This document shows, piece by piece, positions 14,201 to 27,281 of a stretch of DNA of 64,000 nt (its first letter is position 1; each line of letters starts with the position of its first letter). The stretch comes from the human T2T-CHM13v2.0 reference genome, Homo sapiens. The position numbers and the translations under genes were made by a program. The notes under the pieces were generated by a model that ran no database searches, had not been told where the DNA came from, and saw only the letters and a list, made by a program, of their open reading frames with translations. The DNA lies in NCBI RefSeq assembly GCF_009914755.1, contig NC_060947.1. One strand, written 5' to 3'.

Positions 14201-16429
14201 ATTCTGTCCTAACTTTTGGCTCAAAAAGAGATGGCCATTGCCAATGGGAATAGTCTATAATACTTACATCTTCCTCTGTGAACCCTACTCCTATACTGCT
14301 CCCTTCTGTGGTAGGTTTAACTGCCTACATTGTCCTTTGCTTAAAGCAATGCCTCTGGAATTGGGCACCTAAAAGAAAGGGGGCTCAGCTTGCATGGAGA
14401 GGGCATGCAGGGAATTGGCAGGAAGGCTTTTATATTATTTAAGGACATATACTTTATGTACTGTTTTCACATTTAGCAGGCAGCTTTTAGAAGATGTTAT
14501 TTTGAAGACAATCCTGCCCTTAGAGTGCTTCCAAAACATCAGGATGCATAGCCCAAAGGGCCACCAGCCCCACCGAACTTTGGGCTCCAAAAGGAATTAT
14601 ATTTATCCAAAGTAAGCCTTGACCAGTAGACCAAAGGCCTGAGCATTTGGCAGCACTGGAGATAGAAGAGTAAAAGATCAGGTAGAGCACAACAGGAGGC
14701 CAGAGAAGATGGACGAGTTGTGGGGATGAGGAATTTATGGCCCAAGACAGCCCTCACTCTCTTCTGAAACAGCTGGTGGTCTTCTTCCCATTGCTCCCAC
14801 ACAACTCCAGGACTTTCTCCATAATTTTCTATAACCCAGGGAATATTCTGGTATTGAAAACATTTTGACAGCAGGCTAGGGGGGAAGAAAATATAATGCA
14901 ATGAAATGGCCTGGAGGTAAGAGAGATATGTCAAATTCAAGAGCAAAACTCAGTGCCACTCAGCATTTTGCCTGGCAAGGAAATGGATTTTCAAGGAGAA
15001 TAAAGTGAACCAGAATGGTTAAGGAAGAAGTGGTTGGGGATTAGAGATGTAAAGAAAGGTAAAAGAAGAGTTCAAAGTGATCAGGGTTGGAGGCCAGGGA
15101 CTGAGATGTCAGTCTGCTGGAGTGGTATATGACTTGTTAGTAACTTGTCATGTGGTCTTAGCAGAAATGACAAGAGCAATTACATCAGAAAGTAGCAGTC
15201 CAGGGTAACTGTAGGATCTGATTAGATCAGTTATTTCTAATACCAGAGCTTGGCTTCTAGTGTCTACAGGCTGAAATGTCATTAAGATCACTCGCCAGGA
15301 GGATTTTCAAGTCAGATGATTCCTTATGAGCACTTAGACAAATTAACGGGAAACAAACAACAACAAAAAACCCACCAACACATTTCACCAAGTTGTCTAC
15401 ACATTCCCCTACAGTCCAGAACATTCTAGATTATTCTATTTGGTTGCAAGATTGATGGCTCCATTATTGAAATGAGGAATGGGTGAGAAAACTACCATTG
15501 CTTTCGAATAGGACCTGTCCTTTTTAGTTTGAGGCCAAGGCTAAGAAGAAAGTAAAGGGATCCTAACATATTGGCCAGGAGACAAGATCCTAAAGGGTAT
15601 GCAATGACAGAGGACTAGTAACTGGGGACAAGCAGAGTTAACGTTTTAAAGGAAGCAGATAGGAGGGCAGGTGAATGTTGGCAGAGAAAAGATGTCTCTG
15701 TTAGGTACACTCTGTTTCCATAGGAAAACTAGGGGCAGTGAGGAAGTAGAGGAGATCAGCTCCACTGTGGTTCATTCAAATCTCATGATGTCCCGGAGCA
15801 TTGGTCATTAGTATTGAGATGCCTCAGTAGGTCACATGGCACAGCAGCCACTCAGATTTGGGCTTCATTCTCCCATTCCCTGTGACTTAGCCTGCTCTCT
15901 CCTTGTATCAACTTTGTCTTCACCACTGTCATAGAAAGGCTTTTAGCCAGGCCAACTCATGGACCACTGGCCACCTATAGAGTGCTTTGACTCAGGAATC
16001 AATCCTAGTCCAATCAGTTGTGGCCAGTTAGTAGGATCAAAAAACCAGGTGACGTTTTTGCAAAGATTCATTTCTGACCACCTTTTAAAAAGGGAACCAC
16101 AGGCATGGCAAGCACTCAGTGTTTCATAGACATCTTTCTGGCATGAGACCTTACCGATAGATGGGATTTATCCCACTTATGCAGCCTTGAAGATCCCAAA
16201 TTGAGATGTTCTCTTTATAACTAAAATATCCATGAGACTGTCACATAAACAGGTTGTTTTTCTAAGATTCAACATGTCTCTCCCTTGGACAAAGAAAAAA
16301 ATTAAAAAATAAATAAATAAATGAAATACTGTGCTTCTTTCAATAGAATTCTTTTAAGTTGTGTATTGGTTCCTATACGTTACACCTCTTAGGCACCACT
16401 GTATCCTCTCAGCCCATCTTTTTACTCTA

Positions 16430-16770
16430 GCCATAGACGCGGCAACCAGATGTGCAAACTGACATCAGCACCTTCCCCAGTGGCTATTCCAATTCATGGG
16501 CAAACCTGGAAGTTCAAGGGAGTTAACATTCCAGCGAACACTTTAACTATTCTAGGGTACATTGTGCAAGACTCCTCAAAGGGTCCCCAGAAGGACTGAG
16601 CCCCTGTATCCCACACCAGTGACCAGCTCAATAATACATCCTCGGATTGGCTCTCCCACCTCCCTTGTTTCACAGTCCTGCTTCCTGGGATCACTTTCCA
16701 GAGTGAATGGTCTCCATAAAAGCCCTTGTTTGAGGCTATACTTGTGGGTGGTACCCAGTTCAAGACAACC
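16430..16770 (+). mobile_element. ERVL solo LTR (LTR16/33-like), boundaries approximate
   Basis: CCTGCTTCCTGGGATCACTTTCC...ATAAAAGCCCTTGTTTGAGGCT resembles the family 3' end. Confidence 0.5.
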
Positions 16771-16870
16771 ATGCCTTCCAATCAAGATAGTCTTTCTTTA
16801 ATCAAGTAGTTCCTATGATCCAGGAAACATGTATCACTCTTTAACTTGTTAAATTGATGCTTAACTTTTA

Positions 16871-17180
<310 letters not shown>

Positions 17181-18516
17181 CAGATGCTTAACTTTTAGGG
17201 AGCAACACTGTTTGCTTTTATTCTAAGTATGTTATTAGCATCTTTTTTTCACTCCAATGTAGCTGAGTAGGTGAAAGAGGATGGAGGCTGAGCAGCAGTC
17301 TTGTGAGAAAAGCTCAATGCCAGATCTCCAAGCTTTACTGCATCTTTGAACCAGTAATTCTTAGCCCTTGATTATGACCTTCACAGAGAAGGTCTGTGAA
17401 GACACTCACCACCTACCACCCTGCTATATTCAATTCCTCATGTATTTAGGTACAAGGGGTCTTTCCAAAGTCCCCCAGTCATTTTGTTATGCACTCACAG
17501 TTGAGAATCATAGCTTTAGATCCATCAATCGACCCAAGAGGGAAACTGTATCCAACCAGTTAATGCTATCTCAACTAAAATCTAGTAAAGAAGACAATTG
17601 ACACTTTCAAAATGAGTATGCCAAAAATTTAAGTTGGCTCTCTGCAAAACAGCATAGGAGCATTCTGTTTGCTGAGTAAGTATAACAGGATTGCTAATTC
17701 AGAATTAAAATAAAAATTACAAGAATCCATTCATTTATTATTTTTTAGACATTATGATGGCTTAGGCACCACAGGAGGTACGGAGGATGAAAAGATGAAT
17801 AGAAAACTGTCTCTGCTCTCAAGAATAGATGATAATAATACCAGTGTATTGAATGGGATGTAAATAAATCACTTTATTTTTTGTCTTCCACTGTTCATTT
17901 AAACCTGCTCAGTGAGGGAAGTTTCTCCATTTCTTGCATTTGAAAACCCTGGCAGGTCTATGACTCTATCATCAATTGCTCTTAAATAACAGACAATCCT
18001 ATGACTTCCTTAAGCCACAAACCACAGTCTCAATTCAGTAATTTTGATGTCCAGTACTGTGGAATGATCAAGTCTCTGAACTTGATTTAAAGCTCAGTCT
18101 TCTCCCCTCTTCCAGTTAAGACCAGCTTCAGGGGCAGCTGTGCCATCTTGCAAGGGACATGTGGTAAGCTTTTCCTTTCCTTCTGTACTCCTTCCTTCCT
18201 TAGCTTGCCAACCGTGGATTCTGGGACTTTATGGGTTGAGTGTGGAAGGCAATGAGGGAAAGTGGTTTACTGAACACTCCTACTTGACTGTTCCTCTTAT
18301 AAGGTAGTTTTATATGATCCAAGCCTGGCTGTTATGAGAACTAACTCTTTCTTGTGAGGACACTTTTGGGTGTTTTTTTCAAAGACTCTCCCTCTGGCTC
18401 TAACCTTGACTGCCACAAAACAGGCAGTGCCTCTCCTTTGGGTAGCCAATTTTAATCCCTGCTTAGCTTGTTTTCTGGCAGTTGCTGTGGCAGCCCCTAA
18501 CTCTCTGGTCAAAACT

Positions 18517-18830
18517 ATCTCAGCAAACTATTGCAAGGACAAAAAACCAAACACCGCATGTTCTCCCTCATAGGTGGGAATTGAACAATGAGAACACTTG
18601 GACACAGGAAGGGGAACATCACACACCGGGGCCTGTTGTGGGGTGGGGGGAGGGGAGAGGGATAGCACTGGGAGATATACCTAATGCTAAATGACGAGTT
18701 AATGGGTGCAGCACACCAACATGGCACATGTATACATATGTAACAAACCTGCACGTTGTGCACATGTACCCTAGAACTTAAAGTATAATAGATAAATATA
18801 TATATATATATACATACATACATATATACT
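18517..18830 (+). mobile_element. 5'-truncated L1PA 3' end with tail converted to TA/TACA repeat
   Basis: L1 3'UTR ending ACTTAAAGTATAATA, then (TA)n(TACA)n. Confidence 0.9.
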
Positions 18831-19330
18831 ACCTCGAGCAGAATCGAGGTCTTTGATTCTTCAGAGGTACGTGAAGCTCTCAAAGGGGTTTTCTTGATGC
18901 TTCTCTCACTAGACTTGGAATGAGAAGGCAGCCCCCCCATCCCTCCCTTTTGTGCTGTGTTGGACCCAGAGAATGGCAGCTCTCTCTCTAAAGAGATCTG
19001 TACAAATCTGCCCCTTTGAAAACCCTCTCTACTCCTTTTATATTCTCAAAACTGGTGAGGGGTTACAACAGAAAACAAAAACACGTTTTTTATATCTTTC
19101 CTTTGAAGTTCTCTATTTTTGTCTATCTCAGGACTCACCTTGGTAGCTGATATTTAATGTAACTTGGCACCTCAGTCAAATCATGTAAATTAACACGACA
19201 CAATTGCAGTATCATGTGGTCAGCACAGAACAAGAGGTCAATGTATGTGACATTGGGAAAACAAAGAAAAGGGGCACCTCACTCAGCTGGAGAATGAGTG
19301 ATCCAGGACATTTTTGGAGAAGGTGATTCC

Positions 19331-19618
19331 TTTTCTTTTTTTTTTTTTTTTTGAGACAGAGTCTCACTCTGTCACCCAGGCTGGAGTGTGATCTCGGTTC
19401 ACTGCAATCCCCGCCTCCCAGGTTCAATCAATTTCCTGCCTCAGCCTCCCCAGTAGCTGGGACTACAGGCACGCACCACCATGCCCGCTAGTTTTTGCAT
19501 TTTTTATAGAGATGGGATTTCACCATGTTGCCTAGGCTGGTCTCCTGAGCTCAAGCGATCTGCCTGCCTCAACCTCCCAAAGTGCTGGGATTACAGGTGT
19601 GAGCCACTGTGGCCAGCC
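19331..19618 (-). mobile_element. Alu (old, J/S)
   Basis: Poly-T then antisense Alu arms with small deletions. Confidence 0.9.
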
Positions 19619-19785
19619 CTTGACTCTTTCTTAGCAGATGCATTAGAGTTAGCAATGAGATCAACTTTTAGGGAGACTTTTTTGGAGAAGATGCTCAAGA
19701 AGGCACCCCATGCCATGTACATTTTTAGAGAGAATAAAAAAAAATGGTTACAAAGAAAATCTTGGTGGGTTTCCCATTTAGTATC

Positions 19786-20172
19786 TGCTATGGATTGAAT
19801 GTATCCCCCAAAGTTCATGTGTTGGAACTTTGATCCCCAGTGCAGTGGTGTTGGAAGGTGACATCTAATAATGAAAGATGTTTGGGTCATGAAGGCACTG
19901 CTTTCATAAATGGGTTAATACTATTATCATGGCAGTGGATTTGTTATCACAGGAGTGGATTCCTTATAAAAGGATGAGTTTAGCCCTCTCTTGCACTCTC
20001 TCACCCATGTGATGCCTTCTGCCACACAGCAAAAAGGCCCTCACAAGATGCCAGTTCCTTGATCTTGGACTTCCCAGCCTCCACAATCATGAGTCAATAA
20101 ATTTCTGTTCACTATAAATTACTCTGTCTGTGATATTTTGTTATAACAAACAACACAAAATAGAGTAAGACA
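19786..20172 (+). mobile_element. MaLR LTR (MST-type)
   Basis: TGCTATGGATTGAATGTATCCCCCAAAGTTCATGTGTTGG start, internal AATAAA, ...TAAGACA end. Confidence 0.8.
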
Positions 20173-20841
20173 GTCCCTAAATTTTCCATAAACTCATACA
20201 TGTTAATGCCACTGTAAAATCAGAAACTCTATACTATTATTAATTAATCTTGGGAGATTTCTTCAATTTCACTTATGCTAAGAATAAGCTTCATTTTTTA
20301 AACAAAAGTATAAGAATGGCCATTTATGGATTTAAAAAACATACCAATGAAAACTGACGGTGGGAGTCGAGAGGTATGAGTGCTTTGAAATGATGATACC
20401 ATTTAAAAAATAGTCCAAATAGAATTTAATGGACTGTGAAACTGCAGTTTCAAATTAATGAGTGTACCTAGTAAAAAGCTTTGCACCAAGAAGGAATATG
20501 AAATGTCAACTGAAATATTATAATTAGCTTAATAGTTTAAGCATCTTGCTTATTAATATGTCATTTATTTTGGCAGGTATTTTTTGGGGTAGTGAAGGCA
20601 AGGAACTGCATCTTTTAGTATTCTTACCATATCTTTATAAATCATTTTCAGCATGCTCACACATATGCCACCCATGATGGATCATGCAATCAAATGCATG
20701 CATCATCCAGGCTTCAAGGAAATTTTGACTAAATGCTTTCAAGTCACAATTATATACTTAATACTGGATCTTGATTTGATGTGTCCAAAGCTTGAAAGTC
20801 ATTACCCAAAAAGAAAGGACAGCAGATATGGTCAATCAACT

Positions 20842-20847
20842 TTTATT
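20842..20847 (-). terminator. MAOB: Poly(A) signal of MAOB
   Basis: AATAAA on the minus strand, upstream TGTA elements (20886-20889, 20898-20901), downstream TGTCCTTTCTTTTTGG. Confidence 0.8.
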
Positions 20848-21124
20848 TTTAATTACCCAAGTGTGTACTGTCCTTTGTATGAAGATACAATGGAGGATAC
20901 AAAAGGAAGAAGAGATAAAATTTCTACCATCAAAAAAGTTAAAATCAGCTGGAGACACACCGCACAAAACAGTAAGACTTAAGGCTATATACTGAGTAGC
21001 ATTTGAGAAGTGTAAGACAACTTAGCACAGAGTAAACCCACACAACGGGACACCATCGGTAACTATGACAGGGAGTGAAGGAGGATAATTGGGGAAAACA
21101 TCCAAAGAGGTGGGAAAAGCGTTG

Positions 21125-21280
21125 GATTTGTGTTCTAGTCCCCCAGATACCAGTGGCTTATTGTGGCTCTTAGGTAATTAAGTTCCACCTCTGTGGGCTT
21201 CAGTTTGCTCAACTCTAAAACAGAAGGTGAGGACTAAATGGTCTTTACTGTCTTTCAGCTGTAACAATACAGTATTCTAA
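21125..21280 (+). mobile_element. MIR-like fragment inside the MAOB 3'UTR
   Basis: CACCTCTGTGGGCTTCAGTTTGCTCAACTCTAAAA matches the MIR core. Confidence 0.6.
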
Positions 21281-21682
21281 GGACGAATGCAAAGAACTAG
21301 GGAAGGTGAGGCTATTACAGGTAAGAGGAAGAACAAGCACAAAGCCATAATGGTAGGAAAAAATTCATTCCTTGTGCATGGGCAAGGTGTGTTGTGGGGC
21401 AGCAAGAACCTTAAACAAGCCAATTTAACTATTCTAAAGATTTTGAGGGCAATAAACTTGGAAACTGGTGAAACAGAACGCTAAGCCAGGTAAGGGACAC
21501 TAAGCAGGGGCCACAACGGAGAAAGAGATACCATGTATTTTACAGTCAGAGTTGGATTTATCTTCATGCTCCCCGCCTCACTCCACACTATTTGTCTTCA
21601 TGGAACTTTACTGCAACTCTTTCCCCAAACTCATATCCCAAATACAGTAAGAAGAGAGTGTGATTACAGACACCCTCTCTCT

Positions 21683-21835
21683 TTAGACTCTCACAAGTAG
21701 CCCCCTTTTGTGGGCCAGGAAGCCAAGAGCCGTTGCTGAAAAGATGGTGGTCAATCCAATCAGCCTGAGCAGGCCTGGCACGGAGGGCAAATGTCTCTCC
21801 AAAAAGGTGGTGGTGATGGGCTGTGCAGGGACATC
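21683..21835 (-). CDS. MAOB: MAOB exon 15 coding part (153 nt): [51 protein letters not shown]-terminal mitochondrial anchor
   Basis: Manual translation matches the MAO-B C-terminus; TAG acceptor; TAA stop. Confidence 0.98.
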
Positions 21836-22870
21836 CTAGGTTCAGAAAACATTGGGTATTAGTACAGGGCTTGTGCACTTTATTCCAGAAAGTCTGTACT
21901 TTCTCCAGCTCTCTGAACATGACCCATTCTTGCCAACGTCTAGACCAGTAAACACGATGTTCCCTCTGCTTATACTGTTTACCCTGTCTTCCTCACTGGA
22001 CCCTTCACTTCCTCAGGGAGGCTTTCTTTCCTGAGACCCCAGCCTAGGATGACATTCTCCTTTTGCATTTTTTCTCAGCATGTCTTCTTCACTGTTCTGT
22101 ACTTTTTGGTTATCATCTGCATTCTCCACCAGATGTTGAGCTCCACAAAAATGCTGCTGTGCCTTTGCCACAATGGCTGATACAGAACACGTGTGCCATA
22201 AATACTTGTTAGTAAATGAATCAATGGTCCCTACAGCCCACAATCCCATCCCTGGCAGAAGCACTAAGAGAATGACTGTGGAGTGGCAGGCCTATTCTCT
22301 TTGACTTCACACTTAAAAGGATAGAGCAATAATTCTGACCTTTGTGACTTTGTCCTCTAAAGTGCGTTTGCACTCTAACCTCTATGCATCCCTCCTTCCA
22401 GCCAGGAAAACTTCCTAGGATTTTATTACAAAAATGATGAGTATATTAAAAATAAAATTTTAATCTAAATATTCTCCATTTCATTCCATTTGTTTGTCCC
22501 TGGACAGGAGATGCTAACACACTTTCCTTTCTTTTCCTACCTCATGTGGAGAATCACCAGGCTAGATATTTATTTGACAGGCATTTATTGAGTTATTATT
22601 TTTAGAAGTCTCCGAGAAATGTCTCCCTCCTCATCAAAAAATATTTTTTCCTAATAATCTGTAATGAATGTGACAGCTACAAATTTATCAAAGTTCATCT
22701 AAATCTCTCACCTCTACCCTAACCCATGATACTTATTTAAACATTCATGTTTAAATCACTTAGTTGAATCACTTAGGAAAAGGTATGTGAATATATACAA
22801 GTGTGCTCTTCTTGAAAATAATGGGTTTAGAGAAAAGATATCTAATTTCATGAAATAAAACATAGCCTAC

Positions 22871-22933
22871 CACAGACTCTGGTTCTGACTGCCAGATTTC
22901 ATCCTCTGGAATCTTCCCCATGGCATGCAGGAT
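22871..22933 (-). CDS. MAOB: MAOB exon 14 (63 nt): [21 protein letters not shown]
   Basis: TTTCAG acceptor, GTAGGC donor, phase 0-0. Confidence 0.98.
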
Positions 22934-23523
22934 CTGAAATGAAAGAACACACTGGCAAATAGCAAAAGTGACACCATCTTTCTTCTAATCTGCTCCCTAA
23001 AGGACTAAGTAACTGTCTCTTGAGATATCCATCAAAAACACCAAGGTAAAGGCCAGAACACTCCATACAACCTTTAAGAGGCGCCAAAAGGTCTTTCTCC
23101 TGTGGTATAAGAGGTTCCAATCATTAGGCTTACCATAAATTTTAATAGTTATGAACACACCTCAAATAGGGATGACATCAGAGGAACTGTCAGAAAATCT
23201 TTCCTGTGAAATGAATTGAATTTTGAGTCCTAATAGAAGCATGTTTGGTTCTAGAATATCAGACCTAGGTTACCTTTCAAGTATAGTCAGGTTGATCGTT
23301 TGCCCCATGGGCTCTTTTTACTTCGGGTGACATGTTAGGTATTTTCATTATTACTTCGGGCTAAGGTGTTCACTTCACCTGAGACAATAGTTAAAATAGT
23401 ATTTTATGGGTCTTAAGATGGGGGTTACTGGAGAGTTGGTCTCCAGGCTCTCAGATATCTTTGACCTACATGTCAGGACCATGAGTTGCCTCCTTCCCCA
23501 TAATCTATGACCCCAGACCCTAC

Positions 23524-23635
23524 CTCTCGGGCTGCTCTCTCCCCGGCCTCTACAGCCCCCTCCATGTAGCCGCTCCAGTGTGTGGCAGTCTCGGTGCCTG
23601 CAAAGTAAATCCTGTCCACTGGCTGGCGTAGAACC
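23524..23635 (-). CDS. MAOB: MAOB exon 13 (112 nt): (R)[37 protein letters not shown], includes Tyr435
   Basis: Flavin amine oxidase FAGxxT...GYMEGA motif; AAG acceptor, GTAGGG donor. Confidence 0.98.
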
Positions 23636-24234
23636 CTTGGAACAAAACCAAAGAGGCAAAAGTGGTCAGTCTCAGAGAGTCAGAGAAAAGTTTTCCCATA
23701 AAGACCAATGCTGGTCAGCTTCCACAGATTCTAAACAATCAAGAAGGACATTGGCAATTTTGGAATAATGTTTATGTGGTTCCTCCAGCTCTTACATGAT
23801 CCTTGTCACAAACAAAATAGAATAAAAGCCAAAGTTCACTCCTGCACCAAGAGTTGCAGGTGAAGGAGCTGACATTAATGGACGTAAATTATGTATTTGC
23901 TTCATCAACATGAAGTGAGGGACTGTGTAAGCCCAGTCACATGGCTCCCTTTATGGCTCACTGGCTCTGTGGCAAGGTGATACATGCCCCCAATTCCCCA
24001 CTGGCTATTCCACTAGTGAACTTGGCAAATCACTTACTCTCACTGTGCTCTGGCTTCCTTGCCTCTTAAAGGGAATGGTCCACTGATTTCTAAGACCCTT
24101 TCAATCAGTAACATTTAACAAATCTGAGAGTCTGACTATGGCTCCATAACTCCTATTCCTTGAACACTTGCCTGTACTGGTGAGGTCGGTACTATTATTA
24201 TCACCATTTTGCAGATAAGAATATGGAGGTAGAC

Positions 24235-24681
24235 TGTGGTGGACATTGTGATGAACCACGCAGGCCCCCTTCAAGAATGAAAGACTTATTCCCAGCTGCT
24301 GGGAGTGCTGCCAGAAGAGGGCCTACTGATGTCAGCCCTCTTTGGAGATTGCCTCTGCTAAAAAAAACTATGTTACCTACTAGGTCATGCCTCCTTCCAA
24401 TAGCAGTTGCATCCAGTGACTGATCACCACGGGCTGTAAATACCTGATTCCCAAGCTCCAACTTGAGACCTCCCACTCTGAAGGGCCATTCTAGTTCTGG
24501 AACTTCCTCTGGGGTCAGCTGAGGCCTTCACTGGAACTGCACTGCAGCCCAAGTTCTCCCTATGCCCACTCCTGCTTCCTTCTCCCTTCCACAGCTGCCA
24601 ATCCTAAGGGCATGCCTTAATATATATCCTGTCTGCTAATCGTTGTTTCAGGGTCTGCTTCCTGGAACCTAACCAGCAACA
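24235..24681 (+). mobile_element. ERVL solo LTR (LTR16A-like) inserted into a MIR
   Basis: TG...CA ends, near-TSD TAGAC/AAGAC; MIR sequence resumes on both sides. Confidence 0.7.
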
Positions 24682-25365
24682 AAGACAAAGTAATTTGCTC
24701 TCGGTCACAGCTAGTAAGTAGCAGAGTTGGTATTTGAACACAGGCAATCTGACTCTGGAACCTACAGTCTTAACCACTTAGTTATACTTCCTCTCTCTAC
24801 TGCATTATTTCTTCAATCTATTAAAGAACTCTGTGATGTAGCTACTATTATCATTATCTCATTTTTACATATGAGAAGACTGAGGCTTGGAGAAATGTTC
24901 AGTGATATGCCAAGAGCCACACTCCTAGAAAATAGCAAAGCCAGGATTTGAACCATGTCTAACAGATGTCAAAGTCTCTATTTTTATCTTATATTCTTTG
25001 CCTGGTGTATCATCACCCTATAATATTTAATAGTTAGTAGACTGCCCACATGCTATACAAGGGACTGAAATGTCATAGCACTTGGCCTGTAAGAGGGGCA
25101 GTTCATTGTTGCTCTGACAAAAATACCATAAGGAAAGCACCGTCAACATGCCATTATTCATCCTGTCTCATGGTTCTCTTATATCTGATAAGCGATGTCA
25201 AGAACTAACATCCATGTTCCATCTTAGTCAACACTGTACACCACTGGGCCTTTTATTAGAAAACCAAATGAGCTGGCTTGCATTGGTGGGTTTTCTTTCA
25301 CCTGCTCTGATTGTAGTCATCACAAAAAGGAGAAGAAAATACAAGGAGAGATATTATATAGAATA

Positions 25366-25714
25366 CAGATGGTCTCCAACGTATAATTGTTAACTTTATG
25401 ATGGTGTTAAAACAATACACATTCAGTAGAAACCATACTTCAAGTACCCATACAACCATTCTGTCTTTCACTTTCAATACCGTATTTAAAACTTGACATG
25501 AAATATTCAACCCTCTATTATAAAATACGCTTTCTGTTAGATGATTATGCCCAACTGTCGGCTAATATAAGTGTTCTGAGCACGTTTAAGGTAGCTAAGC
25601 TAAACTATGATATTCAGTACATTAGGTGTATTAAGCGCATTTTCCACTTATAATATTTTCAATTTATGGTGGGTTTATTGGGATATAACCCCATCATATT
25701 TTGAGGAACACCTG
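25366..25714 (-). mobile_element. Non-autonomous Tigger-type DNA element (MER47-like)
   Basis: TA-CAG...CTG-TA termini; internal sequence matches recalled MER47 consensus. Confidence 0.75.
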
Positions 25715-26874
25715 TATTAGTATATTGATGACAACACATGAAATATATAGAGAGCCTAAGGGTACTCAGGAAGGAACCCTTCCTACAAGAGAAGGTGGAT
25801 TGACTTTCCCCGTGTTGATTAAACAATGCCGTTTTTCACTACATGTTTACTTTTTTTTCAATGGAGAAAACTAACCCCAGCTGGAGACCTCTAGGAGGCC
25901 TGGCTAGACCCTAAGAATGAAATATTAGAAGACAGAACAAAGGCTTAGAGAACTAATCATACTATAAATCAGAATATGTGAAAACCAAGAATTAATTTTA
26001 AACAAAGAGATAGTTTCCCGCCACTTGTCATTTGGAAATTATGTTCCTTTAAGGGAAAAAAAGAGTCCAACAACCAGGTAAGAAAAATACCTGCCCCTTC
26101 TTTTGCAGGTGCGTGAACAGACAGTATATATTTACAAAAGATATAGGACATCATAAAGGGGAACTCCACATATATTTCTTGTGGCTTATGAGTTTTACTG
26201 CATAATCACGACAATCATTTTTTTCACCCTATCCAGAAGAAACATTTCTTAAGAAATGTATATTTAGTTCTTTACCAAGTTGTACTGGTAATTCTGTCTT
26301 CTCTTTTCCTTCAGAACATGTACTGTGAACTTTCAGGGCTCTGAATATAAAACTTATTGCAATATCTTAAATACCATGGCCCTGAAGGGTCAAGGGAAGT
26401 CTTCTGGGCAGGTAGTCTCTGTTCAAGCTGGGAATTATGTTAAGCTATGCTGTGCCTTAGTTTCTACCCTAAAAATTGAAGGTAGTTATAGGAAGCCTGA
26501 CATATATCCCTGGGAAGGAATAAAGATAAAAGAAGGCATTACTGTATCACCACCAATGCCAGATACAATGGGATTTATCTTGCTTCTCTCACGTGGTCAG
26601 GATCAGGCCAGTTCAGGTTAGTGTCCTCTTTGTTCCCCAAACCAAAAGGTATTTATGAAATTGAGCATAAAACCCACCACTCTGTGGTCAGAAATCTAAT
26701 CATATCACACTTCTGATTTAAAACAAAGCCAAAAACAAAAGTAATGCAGTGATAGCTGTTCTCTGTTGAAATATCAAGTTTTGTATTCCTGAATGTGTCA
26801 TATAGGGCAAACTGTTCTTCCTCCCCCTTTGATCTGATTCTCCATTCTGTCCTTAATATCACCCATAGCCCATC

Positions 26875-27281
26875 TGATATAATATTTTGATATTTGTCCC
26901 TGCCCAAATCTCATGTAGAATTGTAATTTCCAATGCTTGAGGTGGGGCCTGGTGGGAGGTGTTTGGATCATGGGGACGGATCCCTCATGGCTTGGTGCCT
27001 TCTTCATGATAGTGAGTTCTAGCAAGATCTGGTCACGTTAAGAGTGTATGGTACCTCTCCCCACCACACTTGCTTGTTCCTGCTTTCGCCATGTGACTTG
27101 CCTGTTCTCACTTTGCCTTCTGCCATGATTGTGAGCTCCCTGAGGCTTCACCAGAAACTGAGCAGATGCCAGCACCATGCTTGTATAGCCTGCAGAACTA
27201 TGAGCCAATTAAACCTTTTTTCTTTATAAGTTCCCCAGACTCAGGTATTTATTTTAAGCAATGCAAGAATGGCCTAATACA
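26875..27281 (+). mobile_element. MaLR solo LTR (MSTA-like)
   Basis: TG...CTAATACA ends; 5-bp TSD CCATC on both sides. Confidence 0.9.

Larger units (their letters stand above)
20825..21682 (-). other. MAOB: MAOB 3'UTR (end approximate)
   Basis: Runs from the TAA stop (21683-21685) to just past AATAAA at 20842-20847. Confidence 0.85.

Noticed and set aside
14230-15530. Possible decayed retroviral-internal or pseudogene sequence (135-aa ORF at 14539..14946)
   Set aside because: No gag, pol, env or cellular motif could be confirmed by eye; needs a tBLASTn or Dfam search.
22754-22776. AATCACTTAG repeated twice (period 13) in intron 14
   Set aside because: Short AT-rich micro-duplication with nothing further suggesting function.
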